Source: Bacilli bacterium (GTDB lineage: Bacteria > Bacillota_I > Bacilli_A > RF39 > UBA660). From it: DNA of 60,117 nucleotides. The notes below the pieces were generated by a model that was not told where the DNA came from, searched no databases, and saw nothing but the letters and a program-made list of their open reading frames with translations. Below are positions 18,862-29,465 of the stretch, one piece after another (the stretch's first letter is position 1; the number at the start of each line of letters is the position of its first letter). The translations under genes were made by a program, and so were the position numbers. Location: the NCBI GenBank assembly GCA_017432645.1, contig JAFRIU010000032.1:1-60117 (forward strand). Reading direction: 5' to 3'.

Positions 18862-19815
18862 TTACTTCCTCATTAAGTATGAAAAGATTAGGGAACTTAA
18901 CTTTAGACTATGATGTTTTAAAGTATTATCTTCATCAATTATCATTAAATCTCCCTCTATCAATTCTACTTTCATTTTCTTCAATTCTTCATAATCTATG
19001 AGAACAGGGTCCTTTTGTTCCTCTGTTTCATATTTATGAGCCATTTTTTCAGATATTTTTGTATTATTGGCGACAACTACATCGATATCTCTTTCTAGGT
19101 ATTTATTTAATAATTTTACATGATCACTTACTTTGAAATGGTCTGTTTCTCCTGGTTGAGTTACGATATTACATAGATACATAATTGGTGTTTCGACTTT
19201 TTTTAGAGCCTTTTTTACTTCTTTACAAATAATGTTTGGTAGAATACTTGTATATAGGCTTCCCATACTGAAGACAATTAAGTCTGCGCTTTTAATTGCA
19301 TCAATTACTTCATCTAAAACCTTAGGTTCCGTTTTATAGAAGATCCTTTTTAATTTTCTATGGGCTTTTGTTATCTGCTCTTCTCCTTCAATGATGTTTT
19401 CTTCTTCATCTTCTCCCATTAATGTTAAATCAGAATCTTCTGATAATGGCAATACTGTGTGCCTTACATCTAGTAATTTACTTAAATGTGCGATAGAGTC
19501 TCTAAGAGATCCTGTTATTTCTAGCATTGCTGTTAGAATAAGATTTCCTACTGCATGACCATCTAGATCGCTAGATGTTTGGAAACGGTAAGACATCATC
19601 TTTTTAATTGGATCATCGATTTGAGATAAATTTGTGATGACTTTTCTAATATCTCCTACAGCTGGAGTGTGGAATTCTTCTCTTAGTTTTCCCGTAGAAC
19701 GACCGTTATCAGAAACGGTTATTACTGCGGTAATATCTACTGGGAAGTCTTTTAATCCTTTTAAGAGATACGAAATTCCTGTACCTCCTCCTAATACTAC
19801 TACTTTCTTATACAT
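18862..19815 (-). CDS. yvcK: YvcK/GlmR family protein
   Basis: GGGTG, VSDNGRSTG, GHAVGNL, GSLYTSILPN, TQPGET. Confidence 0.93.
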   Translation of the reverse strand: MYKKVVVLGGGTGISYLLKGLKDFPVDITAVITVSDNGRSTGKLREEFHTPAVGDIRKVITNLSQIDDPIKKMMSYRFQTSSDLDGHAVGNLILTAMLEITGSLRDSIAHLSKLLDVRHTVLPLSEDSDLTLMGEDEEENIIEGEEQITKAHRKLKRIFYKTEPKVLDEVIDAIKSADLIVFSMGSLYTSILPNIICKEVKKALKKVETPIMYLCNIVTQPGETDHFKVSDHVKLLNKYLERDIDVVVANNTKISEKMAHKYETEEQKDPVLIDYEELKKMKVELIEGDLMIIDEDNTLKHHSLKLSSLIFSYLMRK

Positions 19816-20624
19816 ACTTCCTCCTGATTTTCTAATAATATTTTCTCCTTTTTATAGTATTTGTTATTCTTTATATTCTTTATGAGAAAATATATTCCAA
19901 CTAGTATAAAAATGATAGAGATTACCTGTGCTATTTTTAAATTTCCTAGCATTAAAGAGTCAGATCTAAGAGCTTCTATCCATCCTCTTTCTATTCCATA
20001 CCATATCAAATAAGCTCCACATAACTGGCCTACTTTTAATTTCGAAATTTTACGAATTCCTACTAGGAAAAGAAATCCTATAAAGGAAAACAAAGATTCA
20101 TAAAGAAATGTTGGTTCTCTATAGAATCCATCTATATACATCCCTTGTATGACAAAGTTTGGAATATGAAGATTTTGTAGAGTTTTTAATGAAGTTATTC
20201 TTCCATAGGCTTCTTGATTAAAGAAATTTCCCCATCTACCTATTGATTGAGCAAGAATCAATCCTACTACTACAATATCTAGTGATAATAAAAGATTCCA
20301 TTTTTTCTTTCTACAATAGAATATAAAGAAAAGAAGTCCTCCTATGATTCCTCCGTGAATGGCTAATCCACCATTCCAGACTTGGAAGACTTCTGGCCAA
20401 TTCGGTAAATAGTAATCTAAGTTAAATAACACGTAGTAAACTCTGGCTCCTAAAATTCCGGATAATAGTCCATAAAACAATAGATCTTCTAGGTCTTCTT
20501 TCAAAGCTCTCTTTCGAATCGCTTCTTTATAGACTACTATACAGCCCAATAACATCGCAATTAAAATGAAAAAGGAATACCATTTGATTTGTATCCATCC
20601 AAAATCAAACATCTCACTTTTCAT
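19800..20624 (-). CDS. lgt: Prolipoprotein diacylglyceryl transferase
   Basis: GGLAIHGG, QSIGRWGNFFNQEAYG, PTFLYES. Confidence 0.96.
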   Translation of the reverse strand: MKSEMFDFGWIQIKWYSFFILIAMLLGCIVVYKEAIRKRALKEDLEDLLFYGLLSGILGARVYYVLFNLDYYLPNWPEVFQVWNGGLAIHGGIIGGLLFFIFYCRKKKWNLLLSLDIVVVGLILAQSIGRWGNFFNQEAYGRITSLKTLQNLHIPNFVIQGMYIDGFYREPTFLYESLFSFIGFLFLVGIRKISKLKVGQLCGAYLIWYGIERGWIEALRSDSLMLGNLKIAQVISIIFILVGIYFLIKNIKNNKYYKKEKILLENQEEVCIRK

Positions 20625-21030
20625 TTTTCTTAACCTCTCGTAAAATATGATTTAGTGCATGTTGCATCAAGAAATTAATGACTGATAAAAGAATCGCAAC
20701 TAAAAGGGCAATTAATAGATTATGAATTTCAAAGTGAGGTCCTAATATCCAATCGACAAGTTTCAAGATAAATACATTAATGCAAGGATAGAATAATCCT
20801 AACGTAATTCCCGTAATAGGAATGGTTAACGTTACTAAAACTGGTTTAATTGTTTTATTTAGTAGATAGATACTCAAGACAATGATAAAAGACCAAAAAA
20901 TTAAATGATCACTATCAATATAGAAAGAGTGAAAAAAGCTGGTTACAAAAATGAATACAATGGTATAACCTATCATGTGTAAACCCCAGTCCATTACTCT
21001 TTCTATTTTTTCTTTTCCTACTGATTTCAT
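20614..21030 (-). CDS. YvlD-like 4-TM membrane protein (holin superfamily IV)
   Basis: LLNKTIKPVLVTLTIPITGITLGLF signature; conserved position after uvrA. Confidence 0.85.
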   Translation of the reverse strand: MKSVGKEKIERVMDWGLHMIGYTIVFIFVTSFFHSFYIDSDHLIFWSFIIVLSIYLLNKTIKPVLVTLTIPITGITLGLFYPCINVFILKLVDWILGPHFEIHNLLIALLVAILLSVINFLMQHALNHILREVKKNEK

Positions 21031-21039
21031 ACGTTCCTC

Positions 21040-23853
21040 CTAAAGTAGCTTTTTCAAAAATTGACCAGTATAAGAGTTTTTGCATTTTGCGACTTCTTCT
21101 GGTGTTCCGGTTGTAACGATACATCCTCCACCATCTCCACCTTCTGGTCCTAAATCAATGATATGATCTGCTACTTTTATGACATCTAAATTGTGTTCAA
21201 TTACTACTACAGTATCTTTATTATCTACTATTTTTTGTAAAATAGCAAGTAAGCGCTTAATATCGTCTGTATGAAGACCAGTTGTTGGTTCATCCAAAAT
21301 GAATAAAGTCTTTCCCGTTGCTTGTTTTTGAAGTTCTTTGGCTAGTTTTACTCTTTCGGCTTCTCCTCCGGATAAAGTAGGTGCACTTTGACCTAGTTTA
21401 ATATAGCCTAGTCCAACATCTTCTAATACTTGTAGTTTTCTTTTGATTTTTGGAACATTTTCAAAGAAAGATAATGCTTCTGTTACTCGCATATCTAGTA
21501 CTTCAGCAATATTTTTTTCTTTATATCTTATGTTTAAGGTTTCTCTATTATAACGAGTTCCATGACAAACTTCACAAGGAACATAAACATCTGGTAGGAA
21601 ATGCATCTCAATCTTTTTTACTCCATCTCCACGACATGCTTCACATCTTCCTCCTTTTACGTTAAAGGAGAAACGATTCTTTTCAAAACCATACATTTTT
21701 GCTTCTTTGGTAGTGGTGAATAATTCTCGAATATCATCAAACACGCCTGTATAAGTAGCCGGATTAGAACGAGGAGTTCTACCAATTGGATTTTGGGAAA
21801 TTGCGACTATTTTGTCTAAATTCTCTATTCCTATTATTTTATCATGTTTACCAGGTTTTTCTTTGCTGCCGTATATTTTTTGGGAAACTGCTTTTACCAA
21901 GATTTCATTAATCAATGATGATTTTCCTGAACCGGATACTCCTGTTACGCAAGTAAGTGTTCCAAGAGGGATATCGACATCAATATTTTTCAAATTGTTC
22001 TCCTGAGCTCCCTTTATCTTTAGTATTTTACCTGTTCCTTTTCTTCTTTTTTTTGGAACTTCTATACACTTTTTACCACTTAAGTATTGTCCAGTAATGC
22101 TATTCTCATTCTTCATTACTTCTTCTGGAGTTCCTATAGCGACCACTTTTCCACCGGAATCTCCCGCTCCTGGACCAATATCTACTAGGTAGTCACTTGC
22201 TAGCATCGTGTCATTATCATGTTCTACTACAATAAGCGTGTTTCCTAAATCTCTCATCTCTAAAAGAGAATTGATTAGTCTTTGATTATCTCTTTGATGA
22301 AGTCCTATACTTGGTTCATCTAATACATATAACACACCTGATAAGCGAGATCCTATTTGAGTAGCTAGACGGATTCTTTGAGCTTCTCCTCCGGATAAGG
22401 TTCCGGCATTTCTACTTAATGTTAAGTATTCTAGGCCTACATTGGATAAGAAATGTAGTCGATCTAGAATTTCTTTTAATACTAATCTTGCAATTTCTTG
22501 TTTCTCTTCTGATAATTGTAGATTTTCAAAGAATGGAATTAGGTTTTTTATGGACATTTGAGTTACTTCATAAATATTCTTTCCACCTAATTTTACTTGA
22601 AGAACTTCATCTTTTAATCTAGAACCATGGCAAGTATCACATGTGTGCTCAACCATATAGTGTTCTAGCCATTCTCTTATCCAATTAGAAGAAGTATCCA
22701 TGTATCTTCTTTCTAATGTGTTAATAATTCCTTCATAGAACTCTTTTTTATCGTACTTATTTCCACCTTTCGAACTATAAGAAAAATGAATGATTTCATC
22801 CGATCCGTATAAAATGTATTCTTGTTCTTTTCTTTTTAATTTTTTCCAAGGTGTATCCATTTTTATGCCATAGTGCTTACAAACACATTCTAGTTTTTTA
22901 TAATCAATTCCTTCTGGATCATCTGTTAAAGTCTTAATACAACCTTCTTCTATGGATAAATTGTCTTCTGGAATTAATAGATTTTCATCGATTTGAAGAT
23001 TCATTCCTAATCCCTTACAGTCTGGACAAGCTCCATATGGAGCATTGAAACTAAATAGTCTCGGTTCTAATTCAGGAAGAGAAAATTCACAGTGAGGACA
23101 AGCAAACTGCTCTGAAAAGATAATCTCTTTGGCATCTTCTCCTAATATTTGAATAACTACTTTGCCATTCGATAATTTTGTAGCTTGTTCCAAAGCTTCA
23201 AATACTCTAGAGCGGGATTCTTCTTTTAAAGATATTCTGTCTACTACTACATCAATCTTATCTTTTTTATTTTTTTCTAAAGTAATTTCTTCACTTAAGT
23301 CTAGCATTTCTCCATTGATTCTTACTCGAATGTAGCCTTCTTTACGAAGATTATCTAATAAGTCTTTATGAGTTCCTTTTTCTCCATGAGCGACGGGAGA
23401 TAGAATCATCATTTTGGTACCGATTGGATATTCCATCACTTTATTGGTCATTTCTTCAATGCTTTGAGAAGTAATTGGAATATTATGGTTTGGACAGTAT
23501 GGTACTCCTACACGTGCAAACACTAGTCTTAAGTAATCATATATTTCTGTAATTGTTCCAACTGTAGAACGTGGATTATTATTAGTTGTTTTTTGATCTA
23601 TGGAGATAGCTGGAGATAATCCTTCAATAGAGTCTACATCTGGTTTTTCAGAATTTCCTAAAAATTGTCTAGCATAAGCAGATAAGCTTTCCATATATCT
23701 TCTTTGTCCTTCAGCATAAATAGTATCAAACGCCAAAGAAGATTTACCAGAACCTGATAAACCTGTCATGACAATTAATTTATTCTTAGGAAGTTCCAAA
23801 TTAATATTCTTTAAATTGTTTTCTCGAGCTCCCTTTATGATAATTTTATCCAT
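21040..23853 (-). CDS. uvrA: Excinuclease ABC subunit A
   Basis: Two ABC ATPase modules, zinc fingers, FDTIYAEGQRRY. Confidence 0.99.
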   Translation of the reverse strand: MDKIIIKGARENNLKNINLELPKNKLIVMTGLSGSGKSSLAFDTIYAEGQRRYMESLSAYARQFLGNSEKPDVDSIEGLSPAISIDQKTTNNNPRSTVGTITEIYDYLRLVFARVGVPYCPNHNIPITSQSIEEMTNKVMEYPIGTKMMILSPVAHGEKGTHKDLLDNLRKEGYIRVRINGEMLDLSEEITLEKNKKDKIDVVVDRISLKEESRSRVFEALEQATKLSNGKVVIQILGEDAKEIIFSEQFACPHCEFSLPELEPRLFSFNAPYGACPDCKGLGMNLQIDENLLIPEDNLSIEEGCIKTLTDDPEGIDYKKLECVCKHYGIKMDTPWKKLKRKEQEYILYGSDEIIHFSYSSKGGNKYDKKEFYEGIINTLERRYMDTSSNWIREWLEHYMVEHTCDTCHGSRLKDEVLQVKLGGKNIYEVTQMSIKNLIPFFENLQLSEEKQEIARLVLKEILDRLHFLSNVGLEYLTLSRNAGTLSGGEAQRIRLATQIGSRLSGVLYVLDEPSIGLHQRDNQRLINSLLEMRDLGNTLIVVEHDNDTMLASDYLVDIGPGAGDSGGKVVAIGTPEEVMKNENSITGQYLSGKKCIEVPKKRRKGTGKILKIKGAQENNLKNIDVDIPLGTLTCVTGVSGSGKSSLINEILVKAVSQKIYGSKEKPGKHDKIIGIENLDKIVAISQNPIGRTPRSNPATYTGVFDDIRELFTTTKEAKMYGFEKNRFSFNVKGGRCEACRGDGVKKIEMHFLPDVYVPCEVCHGTRYNRETLNIRYKEKNIAEVLDMRVTEALSFFENVPKIKRKLQVLEDVGLGYIKLGQSAPTLSGGEAERVKLAKELQKQATGKTLFILDEPTTGLHTDDIKRLLAILQKIVDNKDTVVVIEHNLDVIKVADHIIDLGPEGGDGGGCIVTTGTPEEVAKCKNSYTGQFLKKLL

Positions 23854-23933
23854 AGAATCACCTGTTTCATATTATATCACAAATACTTAGATTAATTCTT
23901 TTAAATGCAAAAAAAAGGATGAAATTCATCCTT

Positions 23934-24464
23934 TTACCATCCAGATATTTTGTGGAAGTCACAGTGATCTACTTCTTCATTGCTTCCTATGAACATTGCT
24001 TTATATTTCCAGGTTTGATTTCCTAATAGATTATTGGTATTGTCTAAAGCCGTACCTAAATTGTTTCCAGCTATATCATAACAAACAAATTCGATAGATA
24101 CATAGGAATACTCCTTATTTTTATTATTCTTTACTGTTCCTTCAATGTAATATGAAAACATATCGTTATACTGTGTATCTATTGTGTAGGTAAATTTTTC
24201 TTCTTTTGGAGTAGTTTCATTTGTACTATTAGATGGTGATGCTTCTGTTGCACTTTCTCCAGAATTTATTTCATCAATTGTTTCATTTACAGCATTCGCA
24301 CAGCTTTTCATGCATCCAATTACACAGGCAAAAATCACTACTACAATAATTATTACTTTGACAATGGTAGGTAGGCCTCCTTGTTTTGCTCCACAATGAG
24401 GACACTTTGTTGCTTTTTTGTTAATTTTTTCCTGGCAAGCTTTACATTGTTTTTCTTCTTCCAT
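23934..24464 (-). CDS. Zinc-ribbon / TM / FxLYD-like domain protein
   Basis: CKAC...CPHCG, one TM, IEGTVKNN...FVCYDIAGNNLG. Confidence 0.8.
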   Translation of the reverse strand: MEEEKQCKACQEKINKKATKCPHCGAKQGGLPTIVKVIIIVVVIFACVIGCMKSCANAVNETIDEINSGESATEASPSNSTNETTPKEEKFTYTIDTQYNDMFSYYIEGTVKNNKNKEYSYVSIEFVCYDIAGNNLGTALDNTNNLLGNQTWKYKAMFIGSNEEVDHCDFHKISGW

Positions 24465-24580
24465 ACTTCTCTCCTTTCTAGTATATCTCAATATATACTG
24501 TATCTATATTTATTATAGATTATATTTCTATAAAATACAATTTATTTTTGTAAAATTAAGTTATAGATTGGAATGATAAT

Positions 24581-24901
24581 ATGAAAAATTTAAAATTGAT
24601 TCGACAAAAATTAAATATTACACAGATTCGATTATCTGTAGCAGCTGAAGTTTCTCAAGAGACCATCAGTGCATATGAAGCAGGAAAGGCTCTTCCCAGT
24701 GTTTATACGTTAATTAAAATGGCGAATTTTTTAAATACTAGTACAGATTATTTATTAGATCTTACAGATAATCCTCTTCCTTATAGTAAAAGCCAAGATA
24801 AAAATACCGAGGAGTTACTTGTCTTCTATAACAAGTTAGATCAAAAAGGCAAGAATGATGTATTAACTTATACAAAAATAAGAGAGAAGTTAGATGAGTA
24901 A
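24581..24901 (+). CDS. XRE-family HTH transcriptional regulator
   Basis: LKLIR...ITQ...SQETISAYEAG...STDYLL. Confidence 0.92.
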   Translation: MKNLKLIRQKLNITQIRLSVAAEVSQETISAYEAGKALPSVYTLIKMANFLNTSTDYLLDLTDNPLPYSKSQDKNTEELLVFYNKLDQKGKNDVLTYTKIREKLDE

Positions 24902-24912
24902 CTTCTCTTTTA

Positions 24913-25839
24913 TTATTTAAAATAAATTTTTGGCATTTCTCTTTTATTTGTTTCTTCGGGATAAGTATATGCTTCACGAACTGCTTCGGCAATCAATTGA
25001 TTTATTATAAATTGATCTTTATCTATCTTGATTCCTCTTAATCCTTCTTCTATCGGTATTTGTTTTCCTTCAGCAACACTTACATAGTATTCTCCAAGAC
25101 GATATAGAACTCCATGATAGTAAGTATTCTCTTGCTCGGTAAGGATTCCTCTGTTTCTTAGTAGTTGAACTTTCTCAGATAATTGTTGAATATTTTTATA
25201 GATGTCTTCTGGAAGTCTTTTTACTCTTAACTTACTGTTGGAATCTGAAAGAACTCGAATGTATACATCTACATAATCGTTTATATTCTTATATCGATCT
25301 CTATCAGCAAGCGGAACTCGTACTTGTCCTTGGCTGGATTGGATTTTTTCTTTTACAATGTCTTTTACTCTATCTTCTACAGCTTTTATTTTTTTTCCGC
25401 TGATTTCTATATCCGTTGTATCAAAACATAGATATAAATCTTTTTCGGATTCAGATAGATCTTTTAGCCCATCATCTAGTACATCTAGAAGTTTTACTAT
25501 TGTATTTTTAGCATATTCTGCCAATACTCTTTTATAGAATGGATTGCTTGCACGTAATGATGTGATAGTATCTTTTTGTTCCATGGAAATGGTTGCGTTC
25601 ATTATTTCTTCACTGCTAACTTCTCCGTCAGCAAAACCACTTTGAAATAATATATCATTTTTTAAATTTTCACACCATGTGATAAAATTTGCATAATAAT
25701 CTAGTGTTTTTTGTGGTACTTCTATAGCCTTTTTTAATTTATTGTTTGTGGCAGCTGTCACTTGATTAACTAATCGTATATCTTCAACAATTGTTGCATT
25801 AAATCCTTTTTGTTTTCTTCTTTCTATGGTTTCTCTCAT
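24913..25839 (-). CDS. Hypothetical protein
   Basis: 308-aa ORF with RBS; no recognised motif. Confidence 0.75.
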   Translation of the reverse strand: MRETIERRKQKGFNATIVEDIRLVNQVTAATNNKLKKAIEVPQKTLDYYANFITWCENLKNDILFQSGFADGEVSSEEIMNATISMEQKDTITSLRASNPFYKRVLAEYAKNTIVKLLDVLDDGLKDLSESEKDLYLCFDTTDIEISGKKIKAVEDRVKDIVKEKIQSSQGQVRVPLADRDRYKNINDYVDVYIRVLSDSNSKLRVKRLPEDIYKNIQQLSEKVQLLRNRGILTEQENTYYHGVLYRLGEYYVSVAEGKQIPIEEGLRGIKIDKDQFIINQLIAEAVREAYTYPEETNKREMPKIYFK

Positions 25840-25841
25840 TT

Positions 25842-26465
25842 CTAATTCTCCTCTTTCTGTATTCTTTTCGTTTTAACGAATTGCTTTGGAATACTTTCCT
25901 CATATTTTTTTAGATAATTCTCTATTTTTTCTTTTTGCTCTATCGTTAGTGAATCTTCTTCTACAATTCCATCATCATTAAAGAAGCCAACTTCTAAATG
26001 ATTGGGATATTCTTTAGAAATTTTTTGTCCTATTTTTAGGATTTCCTTTAAAGTTGATATTTGGAATCGACTATGCTTATTATTGTAACAAAACATTATG
26101 ATTCTACAATCATTTTTATTGGAAAGAAGACTAACTACTATATCTTCATTTAGAATTGTTTTTGTTTCTTCGTCTGATAGCGCATACCTTCCTGCTTCAA
26201 TCTCTGTTCCAAAATAGTTCATTTCACCATTTAAGAATCTTACTAGATTCATATTGGTATGTACATGATATGCTTTGCCATCATCCTCATTTACTTTGGC
26301 AGCCCATTTAGTAGGTGTAATAATCATTCCACCATTTAATCCTTCTGCAAAGCTGTTTCCTCTTTTTCTTGATGCAAATTCTTGAAAGAAGTTCTCTAAT
26401 TGAGAGAGATTCTCTTCTTCACTATCCCCAGAAGAATATATTCTTTCCTTTAATACGTATTTCAC
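25842..26465 (-). CDS. Hypothetical protein
   Basis: 207-aa ORF; extended -10 TGATATAAT and AGGGG RBS upstream. Confidence 0.72.
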   Translation of the reverse strand: MKYVLKERIYSSGDSEEENLSQLENFFQEFASRKRGNSFAEGLNGGMIITPTKWAAKVNEDDGKAYHVHTNMNLVRFLNGEMNYFGTEIEAGRYALSDEETKTILNEDIVVSLLSNKNDCRIIMFCYNNKHSRFQISTLKEILKIGQKISKEYPNHLEVGFFNDDGIVEEDSLTIEQKEKIENYLKKYEESIPKQFVKTKRIQKEEN

Positions 26466-26538
26466 TTTACTTTACCCCTTTTTTTCAAATGCGTATTATA
26501 TCATATTTTTATAAAAAATTCAAATGATAGCTTCTTTT

Positions 26539-27372
26539 TTATGAATTTCGTTCTTTATAAGTACAAGATTGACATAACTTTTCAGATGGGGTTCGGTCTT
26601 GAAAAGATTTTTGCAAAATTTGATATTTTTCACTTTTTATGATTTCTTCTAAAGATTCTTGAAAAATATTTCCTAGGTTTATTTTTCCATTACTATCTAG
26701 GCAGCAAGGTACTACGGTTCCGTCTACTAGAATCGCAATGTGCGTTTTTAATGCATAACAGTATCCACAACTTTTGTGGTTTGTTATCTCTGGCCAAGTG
26801 AATTGATTATCTTTATCCACATAAATTGTGGAGGAAATTTTGATATTTTCTTCTTCTCTTATTTTTTCCACTGTTTCTGATGATAACTTATAATAGTCTT
26901 TTATCTTATCCACAATAATCGTGGATTTTTCATCTAATTGTTTGTTTTTTAACGTCCATAAGCGATAGATAACGGTTGTTTTTTTTGGTAGATACTGAAT
27001 ATGGTTAAATATTTCTTCAAAGTAGGTAGGAATATAGTTTTCTGAATGAAGAGAAAAATTAATTTTATTTAGATTCTTACAAGTACCTAATTCTTTGGCT
27101 AGTTTGGGAAACAAAGTACCATTTGTTGTCAGATTTACCTTTAAATTATATTTTTCAGCTAGTTTTATAAAATCTATTACTTGTGGATGAAGAAGTGGTT
27201 CTCCTTTTACATGCAAATAAATATAGTTAGTAGCATCTTTTATTTTTATTAAGATCTTTTCAAACTCTTCTATTGTCATGTACTTTCTAGGGCGTTGTAC
27301 TGGACTACAAAAACTGCAATTTAGGTTGCAGTTGTTTGTAATTTCAATGTATATTTTCTTGTACTTTTTCAT
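26539..27372 (-). CDS. Radical SAM / SPASM domain protein
   Basis: CNLNCSFC, KGEPLLHP, TTNGT, DGTVVPCCLD, CQSC. Confidence 0.92.
   Translation of the reverse strand: MKKYKKIYIEITNNCNLNCSFCSPVQRPRKYMTIEEFEKILIKIKDATNYIYLHVKGEPLLHPQVIDFIKLAEKYNLKVNLTTNGTLFPKLAKELGTCKNLNKINFSLHSENYIPTYFEEIFNHIQYLPKKTTVIYRLWTLKNKQLDEKSTIIVDKIKDYYKLSSETVEKIREEENIKISSTIYVDKDNQFTWPEITNHKSCGYCYALKTHIAILVDGTVVPCCLDSNGKINLGNIFQESLEEIIKSEKYQILQKSFQDRTPSEKLCQSCTYKERNS
26761..26926. repeat. Array of TCCAC-N7-GTGGA palindromes (DnaA-box-like) inside the radical SAM gene
   Basis: Units at 26764, 26816 and 26909, degenerate unit at 26867; perfect TTATCCACA at 26813-26821 and 26906-26914. Confidence 0.7.
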
Positions 27373-27373
27373 A

Positions 27374-29323
27374 TTATTGACTTCTCATTTCAAATAGAAT
27401 ATCTCGAAGTTCCATTGCTCTTTCAAAATCTAAGTTCTTGGCAGCTTCTCTCATTTCTTGTTCAATAAGAGCCATGTTCTTTTCGATTTCTTTCTTTGTT
27501 AATTTCTTAGAAGATTTTTCTTTTTCTACATCTGTGTTACTAATAACATCTCGGATTTCTTTAATAATAGTTTTCGGTATAATATTATGCTCTTTATTAT
27601 ACTTTTCTTGGACAGCACGACGACGAGCGGTTTCATCCATGGCTTCTTTCATGGAATCTGTTATTTTGTCTCCATAAAGAATGACATGTCCATTTGCATT
27701 TCTTGCACAACGACCAACTGTTTGAATCAAACTTCTTGTGCTTCTTAAGAAACCTTCTTTATCGGCATCTAATATTGCAATTAAACTTACTTCTGGAATG
27801 TCTAATCCTTCACGTAAAAGATTGATTCCTACTAGAACATCATATTTTCCTGTTCGAATATCATGAATGATCTGCATTCTTTCTAGTGTTTTTACTTCAC
27901 TATGAAGATAAGCTACTTTGATATCTAACTCTTTTAAATAATTCGTTAATTCTTCTGCCATACGAATGGTTAGAGTTGTGATTAATACTCTTTCATTATT
28001 CTGAATTCTTGTATTAATTTCACCAACTAAGTCATCAATCTGACCTTCTGTTTTTCTTACTTCTATCGTTGGATCTAATAATCCTGTCGGACGAATAATT
28101 TGTTCTACAAATTGACCTTTCGTGTGTTCTAATTCATAGTCTCCTGGAGTTGCAGAAACATAGATTACTTGATTTATTTTTTTCTCAAATTCTTCATATT
28201 TTAATGGTCTATTATCTAAGGCACTGGGAAGTCTAAAGCCATAATCTACTAGGTTTAATTTTCTAGCTCTATCTCCATTATACATTCCTCTTACTTGTGG
28301 AAGAGTTACGTGTGATTCATCGACTACTAGTAGATAATCATCGGGAAAGAAGTCCATTAGAGTTGTAGGAGTTTCTCCTTTTGCACGACCTGCCATAGGT
28401 GCTGAATAGTTTTCTATTCCAGAACAAAAGCCTGTTTCTTCTAGCATTTCTATATCATAGTTTGTTCTTTGTTCCAGACGTTCTGCAGCAAGAAGCTTAT
28501 TTTCTTTTTTTAATTCTTCTAAGCGTTCCTTCAATTCTTGTTTGATTCTTTCGATTGCACTCTTTAGTTTATCATCGCTTACTACGAAATGACTAGCTGG
28601 GAAAAGACTTACATTTTTCACATTATTTACTACTGCACCTGTTAGGGCATCAATTTCTGAAATTCTATCGATTTCATCATCAAAAAATTCGATTCGATAA
28701 CCAGTTGCTCTTTGTCCCGCTGGAATGATTTCTAAGACATCTCCTCTTAAACGAAAGGTTCCTCTTTTGAAATCTAAATCGTTTCTTTCATATAGCATTT
28801 CTACTAGTTTTTCTAATACTTTATTTCTTGGAAAAGTTTCTCCTACTGTTAGTGTTAACATTTTATTTTTATATTCGTCTACTTCTCCAATTCCATAGAT
28901 ACAAGATACACTAGCTACCACAATTACGTCTCTTCTAGAAATAAGGGCAGAAGTAGCTGCATGACGAAGTTCATCGATTTCATCATTGATAGAAGAGTCT
29001 TTTTCTATATAGGTATCCGTAGAAGGTACATAAGCTTCCGGTTGATAATAATCATAATATGATACAAAATATTCTACTCTATTTTCTGGAAATAATTCCT
29101 TTAATTCACTATATAGCTGTCCCGCTAAAGTTTTATTATGAGCAAGGACAAGAGTTGGTTTATTTACTTCTTGTATCACATTCGCAATCGTAAAAGTTTT
29201 TCCTGTTCCTGTGGCACCAAGTAGAACTTGTTCTTTCTTTCCTTCTTTTAGACCATCTACTAATTCTTTAATGGCTTCTGGTTGGTCTCCTGATGGAGAA
29301 AACTTTGAATGTAAATGAAACAT
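27374..29323 (-). CDS. uvrB: Excinuclease ABC subunit B
   Basis: [39 protein letters not shown]-terminal UVR domain. Confidence 0.99.
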   Translation of the reverse strand: MFHLHSKFSPSGDQPEAIKELVDGLKEGKKEQVLLGATGTGKTFTIANVIQEVNKPTLVLAHNKTLAGQLYSELKELFPENRVEYFVSYYDYYQPEAYVPSTDTYIEKDSSINDEIDELRHAATSALISRRDVIVVASVSCIYGIGEVDEYKNKMLTLTVGETFPRNKVLEKLVEMLYERNDLDFKRGTFRLRGDVLEIIPAGQRATGYRIEFFDDEIDRISEIDALTGAVVNNVKNVSLFPASHFVVSDDKLKSAIERIKQELKERLEELKKENKLLAAERLEQRTNYDIEMLEETGFCSGIENYSAPMAGRAKGETPTTLMDFFPDDYLLVVDESHVTLPQVRGMYNGDRARKLNLVDYGFRLPSALDNRPLKYEEFEKKINQVIYVSATPGDYELEHTKGQFVEQIIRPTGLLDPTIEVRKTEGQIDDLVGEINTRIQNNERVLITTLTIRMAEELTNYLKELDIKVAYLHSEVKTLERMQIIHDIRTGKYDVLVGINLLREGLDIPEVSLIAILDADKEGFLRSTRSLIQTVGRCARNANGHVILYGDKITDSMKEAMDETARRRAVQEKYNKEHNIIPKTIIKEIRDVISNTDVEKEKSSKKLTKKEIEKNMALIEQEMREAAKNLDFERAMELRDILFEMRSQ

Positions 29324-29465
29324 AATCTCATCTCCTTACTAGAATGCTTTTTTCGTTCCTTATTTTATCATCTTTCTTGGAAAAAAATCAAAGATTTCTT
29401 CGGTTTCTAATAAAAACACATTAATTCTTTTCTTTAATTAATGTGTCTTTTTTTTATCATTTTAT

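Noticed and set aside
20614-21030. Holin annotation suggesting a prophage
   Set aside because: YvlD-type housekeeping gene in its conserved chromosomal position; no phage genes nearby
26761-26926. oriC
   Set aside because: The boxes lie inside an intact CDS, there is no dnaA/dnaN nearby, and gene strand bias does not switch here
29324-29465. LexA (GAAC-N4-GTTC) boxes upstream of uvrB or uvrA
   Set aside because: No convincing match in either promoter region; the GAAC/GTTC palindrome at 31760 has a 7-nt spacer
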